Shown: piece after piece, positions 52,997 to 55,693 of the stretch
How positions within the stretch are numbered: position 1 is the stretch's first letter
Layout: each line of letters starts with the position of its first letter
Source: a virus
Taxonomy: Duplodnaviria; Caudoviricetes
DNA: 55,693 nucleotides
IMG/VR virus record: IMGVR_UViG_3300049926_000024
Coordinates: 1-55,693 of that record
Reading direction: 5' to 3' (one strand)
Made by a program: the position numbers and the translations under genes
The notes under the pieces: model-generated
The model's database searches: none
Seen by the model: only the letters and a program-made list of their open reading frames with translations
Told to the model about the DNA's origin: nothing

Positions 52997-54727
52997 TTAT
53001 TCTTCTGCGTCTAAAAATTCCATAAAAGTCTGGCGGTCAATGACCATATTGCTTATGGATTTCTTGCTTTTCAGGGCTGAAATTATTTTAGAATCCACGG
53101 TTGCCGGGGCGAACAGGTCTATGTAAGTGCAGGTTCCCGTCATTCCGATTCGGTGGGTTCTGTCTTCGGACTGCCACCGTGTATCTGCATTAAAATCATT
53201 GCTGTAATAAATCACAGTATTTGCAACAGCCAAGTTCAGCCCTGTCCCCGCTGCCGCAGGATTTCCAATAAAAACCCGCGTTGCTGGATTATTGCGGAAG
53301 TTTTCTATAGCGTCCGTTCTAGCCTGCTGCTTCGTTTCACCGTGATAGGTCACACACTCCACGTCTAAACGTTTCATTAGCATGCGAAGATTCGCTATAT
53401 CCCTGGTGAACCTGGCCCAGATGATTACCTTACCGTCCACCTCTTCCAGAATTTCCCGCACGGCTTCAATGCGCGGGTTCTTTTCTGGCGTGACAAGGTC
53501 GAATATTTCCGTGCCGCCGTCATTCGGCAGGAATCCACAAATAACCTGCTGCAAGCGCATGACCAGGGAAGCCCCGTTCAGAACACTAAGCTGTTCCTTT
53601 TCGTTGAACTGGGTGAAATACGTGTTCTTGATTTCTTTATACCGGGCTTTCTGTTCGTCGGTAAGTTCCACAGGCCGCTTGATATAAATCTTTGCTGGCA
53701 GGTCAAGGCAATCCTGCTTTCTTACGCGGTAGCTCCAGCCTTCAATGCGTTCCTGAAGCTGCGGCATGTTCTTATACTGGACAATCTGCCTGTCCTCATA
53801 GCCCCCCATGACGCAATAGTGATTTCTGAATGAATAATAGCTGTTGTGGCCAAGAATATCCGGGTCAAGGAAGCGGAACTGGGCGTAAAGGTCTTCTACC
53901 CCCTTAGTTACTGGCGCACCTGAAAGAATCCGGCGGTATTTGGCCAGGGCTGCCAGCTTCAGGCAGTTCTTTGTTCTGGAGCTTCCAGGGGTCTTAATGC
54001 GGATAGATTCATCAATCACAAATAAACACGCGGGGTCTTTCTTCAGGAAATTACTGACGAATTCATAGCCCCGGCTTCCGCTAAGTGCCTCCGTGTTCAC
54101 GGTGACAATGCGAAGGCCGCCGTCAAAGTTCACCACTTCTTCCAGTATTTTCTTCTGGTCTTTTGGAAGGGTTGCCTGATAGAAGGCCGCCTTGTACTTC
54201 ACCCAGTCCGGCAGGTGGACAGGTATTTGTTCGTTTATCCACTGACGATGTACGCCGTTCGGGGCCAGAATAAGCATGCTGGTAATTTCCCCCTGGCCGT
54301 AGAGATAGGCCGCAGTATCCAGGGTAACTTTCGTCTTTCCGGTTCCCATTTCCATAAACAGCCCGAAAGCGTGTTTATCCCTGGAAAGGAAGAACGCCGT
54401 TTTCTGGTGAGCATATGGCACGGTCTTCCAGTTGAAGGTAAAACTTTCTGGTGGTCCCTGGAGCTTGACTTGCTGCATGGTCTTTTCCTGGGCGCGTAGG
54501 CCTTCCACTTTCTCCAGTTCTGCCTTTGCGGCCTTTGACCAGAGTGCATGCGCCAGGTTATCCTTCAGGTGTTCCAGGTTAGACGCGGAAAGTTCAAAGA
54601 TGAATTCCTTATCCTGATAACGTTTTCTTCCAGGCATGCCCCGGATAATATCGTAGGTCGTTCCGTGTATATCGCCGGAAATTACGCCCAGCTTTCCCCT
54701 GGTCGAAACAAGTAATGGCATTTTCAA
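52997..54727 (-). CDS. SNF2-family (SF2) helicase
   Basis: EMGTGKT, IDES, LSGAP, GTGLNL, QSEDRTHRIG. Confidence 0.92.
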   Translation of the reverse strand: MKMPLLVSTRGKLGVISGDIHGTTYDIIRGMPGRKRYQDKEFIFELSASNLEHLKDNLAHALWSKAAKAELEKVEGLRAQEKTMQQVKLQGPPESFTFNWKTVPYAHQKTAFFLSRDKHAFGLFMEMGTGKTKVTLDTAAYLYGQGEITSMLILAPNGVHRQWINEQIPVHLPDWVKYKAAFYQATLPKDQKKILEEVVNFDGGLRIVTVNTEALSGSRGYEFVSNFLKKDPACLFVIDESIRIKTPGSSRTKNCLKLAALAKYRRILSGAPVTKGVEDLYAQFRFLDPDILGHNSYYSFRNHYCVMGGYEDRQIVQYKNMPQLQERIEGWSYRVRKQDCLDLPAKIYIKRPVELTDEQKARYKEIKNTYFTQFNEKEQLSVLNGASLVMRLQQVICGFLPNDGGTEIFDLVTPEKNPRIEAVREILEEVDGKVIIWARFTRDIANLRMLMKRLDVECVTYHGETKQQARTDAIENFRNNPATRVFIGNPAAAGTGLNLAVANTVIYYSNDFNADTRWQSEDRTHRIGMTGTCTYIDLFAPATVDSKIISALKSKKSISNMVIDRQTFMEFLDAEE

Positions 54728-54762
54728 ATTCCTAGTATCCGTTATATAAGCTCTATAAAAAC

Positions 54763-54791
54763 AACATAAGGGTTTTATATAAACTTGTAAA
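54763..54791 (-). promoter_or_regulatory. Sigma70-type promoter for the helicase operon
   Basis: TTTACA-17nt-TATGTT. Confidence 0.55.
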
Positions 54792-54834
54792 TATAATATT
54801 TAAAAATACCATTTGTACCAGGCTTCGTTTGCTA

Positions 54835-54942
54835 GTGTTGCAGTATATTTGTATTATATATCAATGCTGTAACACCTGTAGCGGCATTTATGCTAATTTT
54901 ATATTTTTGGAGATTTTACTATTTGTGAGGTTCCTTATATGG
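54835..54942. other. Ori-like element B (inverted homologue of 27739-27846)
   Basis: Reverse complement reads CCATATAAGGA-34nt-ATTAGCA...GCTACAG.TGTTACA...AACAC. Confidence 0.55.
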
Positions 54943-54955
54943 AAATTACCCCTGG

Positions 54956-54991
54956 AAAAGAAAATCCCCCGGTGGTAAGTCGGGGGATTTT
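54956..54991 (-). terminator. Rho-independent terminator ending the late operon
   Basis: AAAATCCCCCG-9nt-CGGGGGATTTT followed by CTTTT, just after the endolysin. Confidence 0.82.
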
Positions 54992-55019
54992 CCAAGGTTA
55001 TAAGCTATGACTAAACAAC

Positions 55020-55487
55020 TTATTTGATAAGGCCTTGCTGGTAAACTCTTCCGTCGGAAGTCGTTAAAATTGAATGCCTTAATAGCTTCTGGCTGAAGCT
55101 CACATGCACCCACCCACTACCAGGCTGGCCAGGTTTGTAGAATTCAAGAATCAACTGGTCAAACTGGATATTTTGACTTATCCAAGTGGCCAGGTCAAAG
55201 TTCGTTACCCCTGGAATTTCGATGTCCGCAGCCTCGCCTTTTGAATGCTGGCTGGTCACCGCTCCCCCGATTGCATGGTTCAGGTCAACGGACCTGTAGC
55301 CAGAAGAGGGAGTGAACGGGATGCCGTAATGCAGCCGGATAGGCTCCAGAACGTGCAAGCAAAGCATTTCCAGGTTCTTCAGGATGCCGGTATCTTCAAC
55401 AGTGTTGTTGATTCCAGAACGTTCCGCCTGCTGGCTTTTACAAAGTTCGTCCAGGGAGAAATGGGGGCTTAATTGTATATTTGTCAT
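55020..55487 (-). CDS. Endolysin, peptidase M15A family
   Basis: SSGYRS..LN..IGG...SQH..GEAAD, FDQLILE, WVHVS. Confidence 0.9.
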   Translation of the reverse strand: MTNIQLSPHFSLDELCKSQQAERSGINNTVEDTGILKNLEMLCLHVLEPIRLHYGIPFTPSSGYRSVDLNHAIGGAVTSQHSKGEAADIEIPGVTNFDLATWISQNIQFDQLILEFYKPGQPGSGWVHVSFSQKLLRHSILTTSDGRVYQQGLIK

Positions 55488-55693
55488 TTTTTGGCCGCCA
55501 TAATTGCGTCTTTCTTTGCACTTCCTGCACTGCTGCCGAAGTAATAAGTCAATACCATTCCCAGGAACATGTCAAGCGTCCCCATGCTGCGAAGCACAAT
55601 ATCCCGCATATCCGGCGGAACAATGTGCGTAAGAATATACCACTGGATAACCATGTAGCCGGAAACGATAAGCGCAGCCAGTACGCGGGGCGT
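55484..55693 (-). CDS. Holin-like protein, C-terminal part (joins 418..1)
   Basis: ...GTLDMFLGMVLTYYFGSSAGSAKKDAIMAAKK*. Confidence 0.78.
   Translation of the reverse strand, partial: TPRVLAALIVSGYMVIQWYILTHIVPPDMRDIVLRSMGTLDMFLGMVLTYYFGSSAGSAKKDAIMAAKK
55567..55693. repeat. Terminal overlap identical to 1-127
   Basis: Exact 127-nt match. Confidence 0.95.

Noticed and set aside
28315-54791. CRISPR array or insertion-sequence ends from the recurring motifs
   Set aside because: Copies are dispersed singly in intergenic gaps with promoter or RBS geometry, with no regular repeat-spacer period and no cas or transposase gene
59-55472. Plus-strand ORFs in the supplied track
   Set aside because: Almost all are antisense shadows of well-supported minus-strand genes and show no recognisable motifs

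Overview
This window is an apparently complete, circularly assembled tailed dsDNA phage genome of 55,566 bp; bases 1-127 recur exactly at 55567-55693. It looks siphovirus-like, with a long tape measure and a tube protein but no sheath, and essentially all genes are on the minus strand. One half (about 27.6 kb down to 0, wrapping to 55.0 kb) is the late arm: terminase, portal, head morphogenesis protein, scaffold, major capsid, head-tail proteins, tail tube, frameshifted tail chaperone, tape measure, tail tip/fibre, holin and an M15 peptidase endolysin. The other half (54.7 to 28 kb) is the early/replication arm: SNF2 helicase, AEP-type primase, two UvrD-like helicases, PolA, dUTPase, ThyX, DEDDh exonuclease, C5 methyltransferase, VRR-NUC, a GHKL ATPase and many small ORFs. 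I see no integrase, tRNA or CRISPR array. An alphaproteobacterial host is inferred from ThyX and a CtrA-type box. The most unusual features are: (1) an 8-gene sugar-transfer cassette inserted between the major capsid and head-tail adaptor genes, including an unannotated Thr/Pro-rich peptide and a +1-shifted cytidylyltransferase/cupin pair; (2) a densely base-paired, pseudoknotted non-coding region of about 430 nt at 28.6-29.0 kb; (3) an ATAACGGA-N3-TAGG box in many early-gene leaders, also displayed in a loop of that RNA; (4) two homologous, inverted ori-like elements almost opposite each other on the circle; (5) three GCGGAAK-loop hairpins in the scaffold leader. All functional calls come from motif recognition by eye, with no database searches.
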